From contig JBBQKK010000001.1 in NCBI GenBank assembly GCA_038326785.1, forward strand, positions 19,813-83,812: a stretch of DNA of 64,000 nt. Direction: 5' to 3'. Made by a program: the position numbers and the translations under genes. This DNA is from Candidatus Saccharimonadales bacterium (lineage in GTDB: Bacteria > Patescibacteriota > Saccharimonadia > Saccharimonadales > JBBQKK01). Shown piece by piece: positions 26,195-33,998 of the stretch (its first letter is position 1; each line of letters begins with the position of its first letter). The notes beneath the pieces are model-generated. The model was not told the origin of the DNA. It saw only the letters and a program-made list of their open reading frames with translations, and searched no databases.

Positions 26195-26218
26195 ATAACC
26201 CTCAACGCAGAGGGTTAT
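26195..26218. terminator. bidirectional terminator between convergent GH15 and rpmG
   Basis: 9-bp stem ataaccctc/gagggttat with 6-nt loop, an A-run upstream and a T-run downstream. Confidence 0.65.
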
Positions 26219-26239
26219 TTTATATGTATAAACGTACGA

Positions 26240-26443
26240 TTACTTCTTAGGTTTTACTTCGTTACGTCCAAGGTTCTTCTTTGTTTCTACATAGAGAACG
26301 TGCTTACGCAGTACTGGATCATATTTACGAAGCTGCAGTTTGTCTGGAGTATTCATCGTATTTTTAACCGTATAATAATGACGGTGTCCGCTCTCTTCGG
26401 AAACCAGCCCTATGATCTTTCGTTTGTCGCCTTTTTTAGCCAT
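26240..26443 (-). CDS. rpmG: 50S ribosomal protein L33 (cysteine-free form, C-terminal extension)
   Basis: 67 aa: [55 protein letters not shown]. No Cys residues. AAGGTGA lies upstream. Confidence 0.88.
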   Translation of the reverse strand: MAKKGDKRKIIGLVSEESGHRHYYTVKNTMNTPDKLQLRKYDPVLRKHVLYVETKKNLGRNEVKPKK

Positions 26444-26490
26444 GTATTTTCACCTTTAAATAGTCAATCTTGTAGATTTTAACAGATTAT

Positions 26491-26712
26491 TTACTCTTTG
26501 CCAAGAGTAGTCGTATCTTTTGGCTTCGCTGGGATAATTAAAATGAATAATAGATACAGAAGAATTTCTGATCCTGCAGAAGCAAAAGCCAGTATAACAA
26601 CAATTAGTCGAACCAAAGTCACATCAACATTAAAGTACTGCGCAATTCCCGCACATATACCGGCAATCTTTTTGTTTTCCGTATCTCTGTATAATTTCTT
26701 AGGTTCGTTCAT
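26491..26712 (-). CDS. PspC-domain membrane protein
   Basis: 73 aa. LYRDTENKKIAGICAGIAQYFNVDVTLVRLIVVILAF is the PspC domain signature, followed by a transmembrane helix. Confidence 0.8.
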   Translation of the reverse strand: MNEPKKLYRDTENKKIAGICAGIAQYFNVDVTLVRLIVVILAFASAGSEILLYLLFILIIPAKPKDTTTLGKE

Positions 26713-26728
26713 ATTGTTCCTTTGTATG

Positions 26729-26803
26729 TGGAGCCGTCGTCGGGATTTGAACCCGAGACCCCTGCCTTACCATGGCAGTGCTCTACCACTGAGCTACGAC
26801 GGC
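26729..26803 (-). tRNA. tRNA-Thr (anticodon GGU), CCA end encoded
   Basis: The reverse complement folds as acceptor gccgtcg/cgacggc, D arm gctc..gagc, anticodon stem ctgcc/ggcag with loop auGGUaa, and T arm tcggg-ttcaaat-cccga. Confidence 0.92.
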
Positions 26804-26856
26804 AATAACACCGACAAATAGTACCAATAAATCGCACGCGAAACAATCCCGTATTG

Positions 26857-28296
26857 CTAATCGGCATATTCCATACTGACAGGCATTGAGATTTCTTCGG
26901 CTCGCTTTCCGATGCTTACGGGGTATTCACCTGTGAAACATGAAAGGTTGAAGTTTTCTGCCGGCAAATTAGTGGCACTAACCATTCGGCGCACTGAAAG
27001 AAACCCCAGGTATTTGCAACCTATTTTTTCACGCATTTGTTCAACGGTCATGTTTGCTGCTGCCAGTTCACCTTGCTTGGGAGTGTCAATTCCATAATAA
27101 TCCGGGAATCTTACAGGAGCTGAAGCAATTAACACGGAGACGCTTTTGGCACCGACCTGGTGTGCCAACTCTACTAAACGCGGTATAGTATTGAGCCGCA
27201 CAATAGAATCATCAATAAAAATAACATCTCTACCTTGCACCGCTTCAGGAATAATATTGTGCTTTCTTCTCAGCTGCTGGTTTCGTTGGTGATTTGTTGG
27301 CTGCATAAAGGTACGTCCGATATATCTGTTCTTAATAACGGCTTGTCTATGTTGTAGACCTAAAGCCTCGGCATAACCTTCTGAAGCTGGGACGGAAGTG
27401 TCTGGCACCGGTACTACTAATATATTATCTGAATTTTCAGCCGCAGGTGGGTGTTGTTCTGCCAACTGATGACCAAAACGTCGCCTCACCTCATTTATGC
27501 TCTGACCATATAGCTGGCTATCATGACGTGCGAAATATACGAATTCAAACATATCAAGTTTAGAGTCGCTATCTGTCAGCATCATTGATTCAATGCCGTC
27601 ATTTGTAATTACGATCATTTCACCGGGGGCTATTTCGCGTTCGTAGTCAGCTCCAATAATATCAAGACCGCAGGTTTCCGATGTGACGGCGTATCCTTCT
27701 TCTAATTTCCCAAGCGCAAGCGGCCTAATTCCCTTAGGATCCCTAAAAGCCACCAACATACCGTCGTGCATGCCCACACAAGAAAAGGCACCTTTAAAAT
27801 ATGGGTACGATAACTGAACGGCATCAGGTAGTGCTTGACCGTTTCGTATTTGCTGTGCGATGGCGAGCCCCATCATTTCTGAGTCATTAATATGACGAGT
27901 ATTTACATTGTGTTTCGAGAGGTAGGTTTCTAAAAATTCTGTAGTTGGGAGATTACCATTATGTGCGAAAGCAAAACCGATTGATTCATCCACTACCGGT
28001 TGCGCGTGCGATAGTTTAGACCCGGATGTAGAGTAGCGATTATGGCCAATGGCTACACTACCCGCCAGGCGCCCAATAGCTTCTTCGTCGTAAACGTCAC
28101 GTACCATTCCGTTTTCGCGGTGAGATTCCAGATATCCGTCGGGGAGTAAGGATGCCATACCGCTGGCCTCGGAGCCGCGATGCTGCATGGCGAAAAGAGT
28201 TTCGTACGTTAAACTTGACGCCGATAATTCCGGGTCTTCAGACATAACCGCACTAACTGCACATTTTTCTTTTGCTTCGCCGGCCATAGTTAACAT
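26857..28296 (-). CDS. purF: amidophosphoribosyltransferase (PurF) with a short propeptide before the catalytic Cys
   Basis: 479 aa. Propeptide then CAVSAV (Ntn Cys), GHNRYSTSG, the PRTase loop VIFIDDSIVRLNT, and CFTGEYP. An alternative start at ATG 28287 (MAGEAKEKC...) is possible. Confidence 0.88.
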   Translation of the reverse strand: MLTMAGEAKEKCAVSAVMSEDPELSASSLTYETLFAMQHRGSEASGMASLLPDGYLESHRENGMVRDVYDEEAIGRLAGSVAIGHNRYSTSGSKLSHAQPVVDESIGFAFAHNGNLPTTEFLETYLSKHNVNTRHINDSEMMGLAIAQQIRNGQALPDAVQLSYPYFKGAFSCVGMHDGMLVAFRDPKGIRPLALGKLEEGYAVTSETCGLDIIGADYEREIAPGEMIVITNDGIESMMLTDSDSKLDMFEFVYFARHDSQLYGQSINEVRRRFGHQLAEQHPPAAENSDNILVVPVPDTSVPASEGYAEALGLQHRQAVIKNRYIGRTFMQPTNHQRNQQLRRKHNIIPEAVQGRDVIFIDDSIVRLNTIPRLVELAHQVGAKSVSVLIASAPVRFPDYYGIDTPKQGELAAANMTVEQMREKIGCKYLGFLSVRRMVSATNLPAENFNLSCFTGEYPVSIGKRAEEISMPVSMEYAD

Positions 28297-28419
28297 TATT
28301 ATATTTTAAAATTGCCCAAAAGCATAAGAAATGACAATCTTACAATATAAACTACACCCCCGTATTGCTTAATTAGCTGGTATTTGTTAAACTTTGTCGG
28401 TACTTTTCAAAGTATATAT

Positions 28420-28496
28420 GCCACCTTAGCTCAGTTGGTTAGAGCATCGGTTTTGTAAACCGAGGGTCGTCGGTTCGAATCCGACAGGTGGCTCCA
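28420..28496 (+). tRNA. tRNA-Thr (anticodon UGU), CCA end encoded
   Basis: Acceptor gccacct/aggtggc, anticodon stem tcggt/accga with loop uuUGUaa, and T arm gtcgg-ttcgaat-ccgac. Confidence 0.92.
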
Positions 28497-28564
28497 GATT
28501 TAGGCGCAATGCGAGAGTGCCTAAACCAGACTACTGTGAGGGTAGTTAGGAGAAGTGTTACAAT

Positions 28565-28592
28565 AACGCTGAGAGTTTTCTCGGCGTTTTTC
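28565..28592 (+). other. 10-bp hairpin plus T-run abutting the 5' end of tRNA-Tyr
   Basis: aacgctgaga-gttt-tctcggcgtt (one G-T pair) followed by tttc. The tRNA starts at 28593. Confidence 0.5.
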
Positions 28593-28677
28593 GCAGGGTT
28601 AGTGAAGCGGTCAAACACGGCAGACTGTAAATCTGTTGGCTCAGCCTTCGGGGGTTCGAATCCCTCACCCTGCACCA
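28593..28677 (+). tRNA. tRNA-Tyr (anticodon GUA), long variable arm, CCA end encoded
   Basis: Acceptor gcagggt/accctgc, anticodon loop cuGUAaa, long variable arm, and T arm ggggg-ttcgaat-ccctc. Confidence 0.92.
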
Positions 28678-28685
28678 AAAGATAG

Positions 28686-28714
28686 ATCCCAGTTCATCTG
28701 GGATTTTTCTTTTG
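28686..28714 (+). terminator. intrinsic terminator after tRNA-Tyr
   Basis: 7-bp stem atcccag/ctgggat with 5-nt loop, followed by TTTTCTTTT. Confidence 0.7.
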
Positions 28715-28823
28715 GTATATGCGTCTATAGCTCCCGATGGTAAAGCCTTTGGAGTGAGAATTGCTCGTGGCAATTCGTAAGTAAACCTTCCGATGAAAAC
28801 TCGTTTTCAATAGCGAAGTTTCG

Positions 28824-28851
28824 GGCTCGCTAGATGAGAGTCGAATCCCTC
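28824..28851 (+). pseudogene. degenerate fragment resembling the variable/T-arm part of tRNA-Tyr
   Basis: tcgaatccctc (28841-28851) is identical to 28656-28666 of tRNA-Tyr, and ggctc precedes it at a similar offset. The T stem and acceptor cannot be formed, so it is not a functional tRNA. Confidence 0.3.
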
Positions 28852-28903
28852 TTTGCAATAACATCCAATATTTAAAATGTTTGCTTTATGAGATTTTAAG
28901 ATC

Positions 28904-29557
28904 CTAAACAACAACACGTTTAGGTCTAAGGACTCTTTTGGGGCGTCCTGCAGGCACTATAAGCTTTTCAAGCTTCTGAGCAACCATATCGGCCTCTGCC
29001 TGCAAGCCTACGCCCTCGTAGGCCTTCATCAGCAATGTGTAACTTTCCTTATTGGGCTCTAGTTCTACTGCCATGGACAGCTCGTCAATCATTAGCTTGT
29101 GATTCCCCAGCTTTTCCTGGACTTTTGCATATGCAATATGTCTAGCAGCTAGGCCGTCTTCTAACTTAAGCGCTTGCTCAAAAGCAGTAGCTGCCTTTTC
29201 ATAATTCTCAGTTTCGTAATAAATTAAACCCAAGTTATGCAGACTAGAAGACGTAGGCTCTATGGATGAAGCAATTTCAAAGCAATCAATGGCGTCTCTA
29301 TATTCTTTTTGCTTTGCGTATAGAATACCTAATCGGTTGTAGGCAGCCGCATTTTTTTCGTCGATTTTCAGAATAGTTAAAAGCGCTTTTTCGGCCCGCA
29401 AGAAACGGTTTTCTCTCATACCCTGGTGAGCAATGTCCCAGAGTTTTCCGATTTTGTCGCTGATTTTTCGGGGAATTACAATCAGTTCCTCATCGCGCAC
29501 TTTTGCGCTCCGAACTGCTAACAACCCAAAACCCACCACTAGAGCAAGTTCATACAT
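28904..29557 (-). CDS. TPR-repeat protein with N-terminal membrane anchor
   Basis: 217 aa. Hydrophobic N-terminus, then several 34-residue repeats (AAYNRLGILYAKQKEYRDAIDCFEIA; HNLGLIYYETENYEKAATAFEQAL). Confidence 0.75.
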   Translation of the reverse strand: MYELALVVGFGLLAVRSAKVRDEELIVIPRKISDKIGKLWDIAHQGMRENRFLRAEKALLTILKIDEKNAAAYNRLGILYAKQKEYRDAIDCFEIASSIEPTSSSLHNLGLIYYETENYEKAATAFEQALKLEDGLAARHIAYAKVQEKLGNHKLMIDELSMAVELEPNKESYTLLMKAYEGVGLQAEADMVAQKLEKLIVPAGRPKRVLRPKRVVV

Positions 29558-29570
29558 ACGAACTAGTATA

Positions 29571-30440
29571 CTATAAGTTAAGCATTATGTGTGTCAGAAG
29601 TAGCTTATTATTTGGATTCGATTTTGTTGTTTCTTCGGTACGCTGTATTAGTTCGAGTGTTTGGTACCAGCGCGCTACCATGGCATGTTTATCTTGTTTT
29701 GCTGCATTTTGAAGGGCAGCTAGGGCAATGCGTTTCGTGGCCTGTAAAAAAAGTATGACGTCTTCCCTGTTCTTGCTGAGAGATTCTACCGCCAGCATCT
29801 TGTCGTACCTAGTTGCAGTCACCAGTCTCTTGGCTTGCTCGATAGCAGCAACCAGAGGATGATCGTCGTTGTCAGTTAATAGTGCATTCAGTAGACCCGT
29901 ATGCCCGCCGCTCAGTACGTACATCTTTTTGATGTTTTCTGCAGAAAAGCCTTTTGTTTGAAAATAAGAATTGGATGATTCTTCATCGGGAATGTGGATT
30001 TGGATTTTTTGAAGTCTGGAGTAAATGGTAGGTAATAAAACATCCCCAGGTATAGCTGTCATAATTAATACGGTGTCCATAGGGGGCTCTTCCAGCACTT
30101 TTAGGAGTGCATTCTGCGCTTCTGCGTTCATTAAATGTATGTCATGCAGCAGGATTACTCTTTTTATCGCGCCATTTCCAACTGTTTTAAGTTTGATGAA
30201 CTGTTGAATTGCTCGAACTTGGTCAATTGTAAACGTGCCCTTTATGGGCAGCATTTCTAAAATGTTTTCACCAGCGCGGGAGTCGCTTGGGCGCTGAAGC
30301 AGTGTTTTAGCTATTGTCTGGGTAATAGTTCCCTTTCCTGTGCCAACTCCTCCCACTAGCAATAAAGCATGACTGGGATGGACTATGTAGCGATCTACTT
30401 CGGTTCTGGTTTGTTCATGCAGTAATAAATCACGAATCAT
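29571..30440 (-). CDS. holB: DNA polymerase III delta-prime subunit
   Basis: 289 aa. HALLLVGGVGTGKGT, NALLKVLEEPP and SR.Q-like YSRLQ. Confidence 0.8.
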   Translation of the reverse strand: MIRDLLLHEQTRTEVDRYIVHPSHALLLVGGVGTGKGTITQTIAKTLLQRPSDSRAGENILEMLPIKGTFTIDQVRAIQQFIKLKTVGNGAIKRVILLHDIHLMNAEAQNALLKVLEEPPMDTVLIMTAIPGDVLLPTIYSRLQKIQIHIPDEESSNSYFQTKGFSAENIKKMYVLSGGHTGLLNALLTDNDDHPLVAAIEQAKRLVTATRYDKMLAVESLSKNREDVILFLQATKRIALAALQNAAKQDKHAMVARWYQTLELIQRTEETTKSNPNNKLLLTHIMLNL

Positions 30441-31299
30441 TTTCGATCAACTCCATAAATTCTGGAGGAATAGGTGCTTCAAATACTTTACGCTCGCCCC
30501 CCGGGAGGGTGATCTCTAACTTATGTGCGTGCAGGTATAGCCTGTCAGACACTTGTCCTTTGTACAAAGTGTCACCCACAATGGAGTGGCCAAGATGTTG
30601 CAGGTGAACTCTCAGTTGGTGCGTTCGGCCAGTTACCGGGCGTAGCTCCAGTAAGCTGTACTTATTACTAGTGCGCACTGTAATATAGTGTGTTTGCGAA
30701 GCCTTGCCGTTGCTGCCTACTCTAAATGATGCAGGAATTTTAGGATTACGTTCGATTGGCATGTCGATTAAAGCTTCTTCAGGATCCATACGACCGTTAA
30801 CCACTGCAGCATAGGTCTTCTTTACGTTACGGAGGCCAAATTGCTTTTGTAGAAATCGCATAGTTTCATTGTCTTTTGCACAGATCATAACACCCGAAGT
30901 AGCCCTATCCAGACGATGCACTATACCCGCGCGGTCGCCATCCTGGCCCGTAATCTGACGCACAAACGATGCGACTGATGATTCGTACCAGTACTTACCT
31001 CTGCTGTGGCTTATGACGCCGATAGGCTTATTAATTACGAACACATGGTCATCTTCATAAATTATTGGCAGATCTATGTCGTCAATTTGCTCAAGTTCAT
31101 CAACGTTGAATTTAATAGATATGACGTCATCAATTCGCAATCGATAGCCGGATTTAACAATGTTGTCGTTTAGCGTTATACGCCCCTCTTCAATTAATCG
31201 CTGCACAAAAGCACGGCTCAATGTTGGAAGGGTTTCGGCAGTAACTTTATCTAAACGTTGCCCTTTTAATTCGGAGTCTACTGTAATAATTTGAGCCAT
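30430..31299 (-). CDS. rluD: RluA-family 23S rRNA pseudouridine synthase (RluD-like)
   Basis: 289 aa. N-terminal S4 domain and catalytic HRLDRATSGVMICAK. Confidence 0.85.
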   Translation of the reverse strand: MAQIITVDSELKGQRLDKVTAETLPTLSRAFVQRLIEEGRITLNDNIVKSGYRLRIDDVISIKFNVDELEQIDDIDLPIIYEDDHVFVINKPIGVISHSRGKYWYESSVASFVRQITGQDGDRAGIVHRLDRATSGVMICAKDNETMRFLQKQFGLRNVKKTYAAVVNGRMDPEEALIDMPIERNPKIPASFRVGSNGKASQTHYITVRTSNKYSLLELRPVTGRTHQLRVHLQHLGHSIVGDTLYKGQVSDRLYLHAHKLEITLPGGERKVFEAPIPPEFMELIENDS

Positions 31300-31307
31300 C
31301 TGTTTCC

Positions 31308-32327
31308 TTAAAGCGCCCTCAAGCCTACTGCTTGCTGGACGCGGTGTAGCGTTGCATCTGCCGTTAATCGCAGCGCATCTTCGCTCTTTTCTAGTTTGGT
31401 GGTGACTGATTCGGCGCTAACTTGGCCGAGGCGCGCCTGAAACTCTTCCAGGAAAGTTACGATTTTGTCGGCGACCGCTGACTTTAGTGGGCCGTATTGA
31501 GTTTGTCCTATGTATTCTTGTTTATCACCGCCCATGAGTTCTAAAATATCCAATAAATTACTTATGCCTGGCTGGGACTGGTAATCGTAATTTACAGATC
31601 CCATTGAGTCAGTCGTTGCTGACATAATTTTCTTTCTAGCTGTATCGGGGGTGTCATTCAGGAATATAACACCTTTACCAGTTTCGTCACTTTTGCTCAT
31701 TTTCTTGGTTGGATCCGCAAGGTCTCGGATGCGTAATCCTTGGTCTTTTCCAAAAAAAGCATGCTGATCTTTAACGGGCTTGGGAATGGTAAATAGTTCC
31801 CCAAATCTATTGTTCATACGAGTAGCAATATCTCTTGTAAATTCTAAATGTTGTGTTTGGTCATCGCCGACCGGTACATAGGAAGCTTCGTACAGCAGGA
31901 TGTCTGCAGCCATTAAAACAGGATAGTTAAATAGTCCTACGCTTATTTGCTCATCACCAAGTTTAGAGCTTTTGTCCTTGAACTGAGTCATGCGACCCAT
32001 TTCGCCCATACCAGTAAAGCAGTCCAAAATCCAGGTAAGCTCAGAATGGGCAGGAATGTAACTTTGCCTATAAATGTGGATGTCGTCATTATTAAGAGGA
32101 AGTCCAGCAGCGGCAAAAACTTTCACATTCTGCATTATTTGGGATTGTAGTTGGCCGTGGTCAATAGGAGTCGTAAAACTATGCAAATCAGGCACAAATA
32201 GATTTATTTGATATTCTCCTGCATGCTGCTTTGCCATGTCTACCATAGGTAATAATGCACCAAGGTAGTTACCAAGGTGTAAATCATTATTAGCCCGGAG
32301 CCCAGTCAGTATTACTTTTTTAGTCAT
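31308..32327 (-). CDS. trpS: tryptophan--tRNA ligase
   Basis: 339 aa. HIGH-type LHLGNYLGA, GDDQTQHLE and KMSKS. Confidence 0.93.
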   Translation of the reverse strand: MTKKVILTGLRANNDLHLGNYLGALLPMVDMAKQHAGEYQINLFVPDLHSFTTPIDHGQLQSQIMQNVKVFAAAGLPLNNDDIHIYRQSYIPAHSELTWILDCFTGMGEMGRMTQFKDKSSKLGDEQISVGLFNYPVLMAADILLYEASYVPVGDDQTQHLEFTRDIATRMNNRFGELFTIPKPVKDQHAFFGKDQGLRIRDLADPTKKMSKSDETGKGVIFLNDTPDTARKKIMSATTDSMGSVNYDYQSQPGISNLLDILELMGGDKQEYIGQTQYGPLKSAVADKIVTFLEEFQARLGQVSAESVTTKLEKSEDALRLTADATLHRVQQAVGLRAL

Positions 32328-32400
32328 ATAGTTTAATTATACCTTACTGAGCGAAGTAATACGCCCTGGGGCGTAGATATTATTCAGTTATGCATATTAA

Positions 32401-32430
32401 AATTAAAACCACCCCTTTTTAGGGGGCGGC
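32401..32430 (-). terminator. intrinsic terminator/attenuator between rsmB-family gene and trpS
   Basis: Minus-strand RNA reads CCGCCCC-CUAAAAA-GGGGUGG (7 bp, one G-U) followed by UUUUAAUUUU. It lies 73 nt upstream of the trpS ATG. Confidence 0.6.
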
Positions 32431-32451
32431 TTAGTTACTTATGTGAGGTTA

Positions 32452-32532
32452 TTACTTTCGTACGCGGACTGGAATCGGTACCCATTGTCGGAACGGAAAC
32501 CAGTCGGCTAAACTTTGAATGATTTGTTTCAT
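32452..32532 (-). CDS. candidate 26-codon leader peptide with two Trp codons upstream of trpS (speculative)
   Basis: Own translation: MKQIIQSLADWFPFRQWVPIPVRVRK followed by a TAA TAA double stop. The ATG lies 9 nt downstream of a TGgTATAAT extended -10, and there is no Shine-Dalgarno sequence. Confidence 0.3.
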   Translation of the reverse strand: MKQIIQSLADWFPFRQWVPIPVRVRK

Positions 32533-32541
32533 AACCGTTTT

Positions 32542-32550
32542 ATTATACCA
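32542..32550 (-). promoter_or_regulatory. extended -10 promoter element (TGgTATAAT)
   Basis: Minus strand reads TGG TATAAT at 32550-32542, just after the rsmB-family stop codon. There is no properly spaced -35. Confidence 0.4.
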
Positions 32551-32555
32551 GCCTG

Positions 32556-33515
32556 TCAAGCATGCGTATCGCTCTTTGTTAATTTAGCAACATAAAATGC
32601 TTCAATCTTGGAAGCAGGCGCCAATCTTAAGGTGCTATTAATACGAGTGTCGTACTGCTTATTATTCCACTGCATCACTGGTGCGACTGCATTTTCTGGC
32701 GTAATTTTCATTTCTACCACTTCCGCATTTTCGGCTCGCCGTAACAGGTAGTCAACGACGGCTTCATTTTCTTCTGGCGCCATGGTGCAGGTGCTATACA
32801 CCAGGATTCCGCCAGGGCTAAGTAAACTCCAGGCGTTCATTATCAATTTTTTCTGCAATGATTGGAGTCTCTTTATATGTGGACGTGACCAGTATTGCAG
32901 GTCTTTAGGTTTATTTATGTTGATTAATCCCTCCCCGCTGCAGGGTGCATCAAGTAGTATTTTGTCGAAAGTCTCGCCTTCCAGCTTCTGAGCTAACTTT
33001 TCTGCACTGTACATCGTAATTTTAGAAGCCTGCACACCCAAACGTTCAAAATTAGACTTGAGCTTGAATAATCGCTGCCTAGAACTGTCGTTAGTCCATA
33101 GTTCAGCTTTATTGTTGGTGAGTGCTGCAATGTGTGATGCTTTGCCACCAGGTGCTGCACACATGTCTAATATGCGCTCATCGGGTTGCGGATCTAACGC
33201 TAGTACCGGAAGCCAGCTGGCCTGATTCTGTATAAATATTTCACCATTTGCGACGTGGCTACTGCTAATCAGCGCCTGTCGTCCATCTTTGATGTCATAG
33301 CCGTCTTCGTACCAGTCGCACCGACTGCCATTCCAGCCCTGTAGTGCGAGATCAGCTAATAGCTTTTCAGTATCGCTACACTTGAGCCGGTTTATACGAA
33401 AGCTAGATTTGCGCTCACGGCCCATCACCTCTTCAGCCATAGCTTCATCAATATCTAACGCCAGTGCCGTTCGCTCGAGTAGCAATTGTCGTTTAGCGGT
33501 AGTCTTATCTATCAT
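32556..33515 (-). CDS. RsmB/RsmF (NOL1/NOP2/Sun) family rRNA m5C methyltransferase
   Basis: SAM motif ILDMCAAPGGKASH, DAPCSGEG and YSTCT. I prefer the ATG at 33515, because the track start at 33542 lies inside the rpsI terminator stem. Confidence 0.8.
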   Translation of the reverse strand: MIDKTTAKRQLLLERTALALDIDEAMAEEVMGRERKSSFRINRLKCSDTEKLLADLALQGWNGSRCDWYEDGYDIKDGRQALISSSHVANGEIFIQNQASWLPVLALDPQPDERILDMCAAPGGKASHIAALTNNKAELWTNDSSRQRLFKLKSNFERLGVQASKITMYSAEKLAQKLEGETFDKILLDAPCSGEGLININKPKDLQYWSRPHIKRLQSLQKKLIMNAWSLLSPGGILVYSTCTMAPEENEAVVDYLLRRAENAEVVEMKITPENAVAPVMQWNNKQYDTRINSTLRLAPASKIEAFYVAKLTKSDTHA

Positions 33516-33541
33516 GAATACTAGTATATTCCAGAACAGCA

Positions 33542-33568
33542 AAATACCCGGATATACTCCGGGTATTT
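33542..33568 (-). terminator. intrinsic terminator after rpsI
   Basis: 11-bp stem aaatacccgga/tccgggtattt with 5-nt loop. On the minus strand it is followed by TTTTGCTGTT. Confidence 0.7.
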
Positions 33569-33599
33569 GTAGCTTTCGTGCTGGTTAAGAATAGCAGTA

Positions 33600-33998
33600 C
33601 TAGCGCTTTGTAAACTGACGTTGCTTGCGCGCACCCTTAAGTCCGAACTTCTTTCGTTCTTTCTCACGTGGGTCACGACCAAGTTGGTCTGCACGACGAA
33701 GTGTACTTTTGAGGTCTTCGTTCATAACAGCAAGAGCCTTAGCTATGCCTAGGCGAACAGCGTCGGCCTGGCTAGCGTGACCGCCGCCTGAAACTAATGC
33801 ACTAACATCGTACTTGTTTTCGATTTCAAGTACTGCAAATGGCTGATTTAGTTCGTTGAGCAATGCTTTGCTATTTTCGAAGTATTCTCCAGCAGTCTTG
33901 CCGTTGATTACAATTTTTCCATCGCCTTTAAGTACACGCACTCGAGCAGTAGCGCTCTTGCGGCGGCCTAATGCGTAAAAGTAATTAGTATCAGCCAT
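33600..33998 (-). CDS. rpsI: 30S ribosomal protein S9
   Basis: 132 aa: YFYALGRRKSATARVRVLKGDGKIVINGK ... C-terminal KQRQFTKR. Confidence 0.95.
   Translation of the reverse strand: MADTNYFYALGRRKSATARVRVLKGDGKIVINGKTAGEYFENSKALLNELNQPFAVLEIENKYDVSALVSGGGHASQADAVRLGIAKALAVMNEDLKSTLRRADQLGRDPREKERKKFGLKGARKQRQFTKR

Noticed and set aside
28721-28860. An intact extra tRNA, an intron-containing tRNA, or a tmRNA after tRNA-Tyr.
   Set aside because: I could not build acceptor, anticodon or T stems, and there is no complementary 3' acceptor strand for gcgtcta. It is kept only as a degenerate tRNA-like fragment.
32476-32483. T-box riboswitch upstream of trpS (GGGUACCG resembles the GGUGGUACCGCG core).
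   Set aside because: The match is only partial. It lies about 45 nt from the terminator rather than overlapping it, and the leader of about 115 nt is too short for a Stem I and specifier loop.
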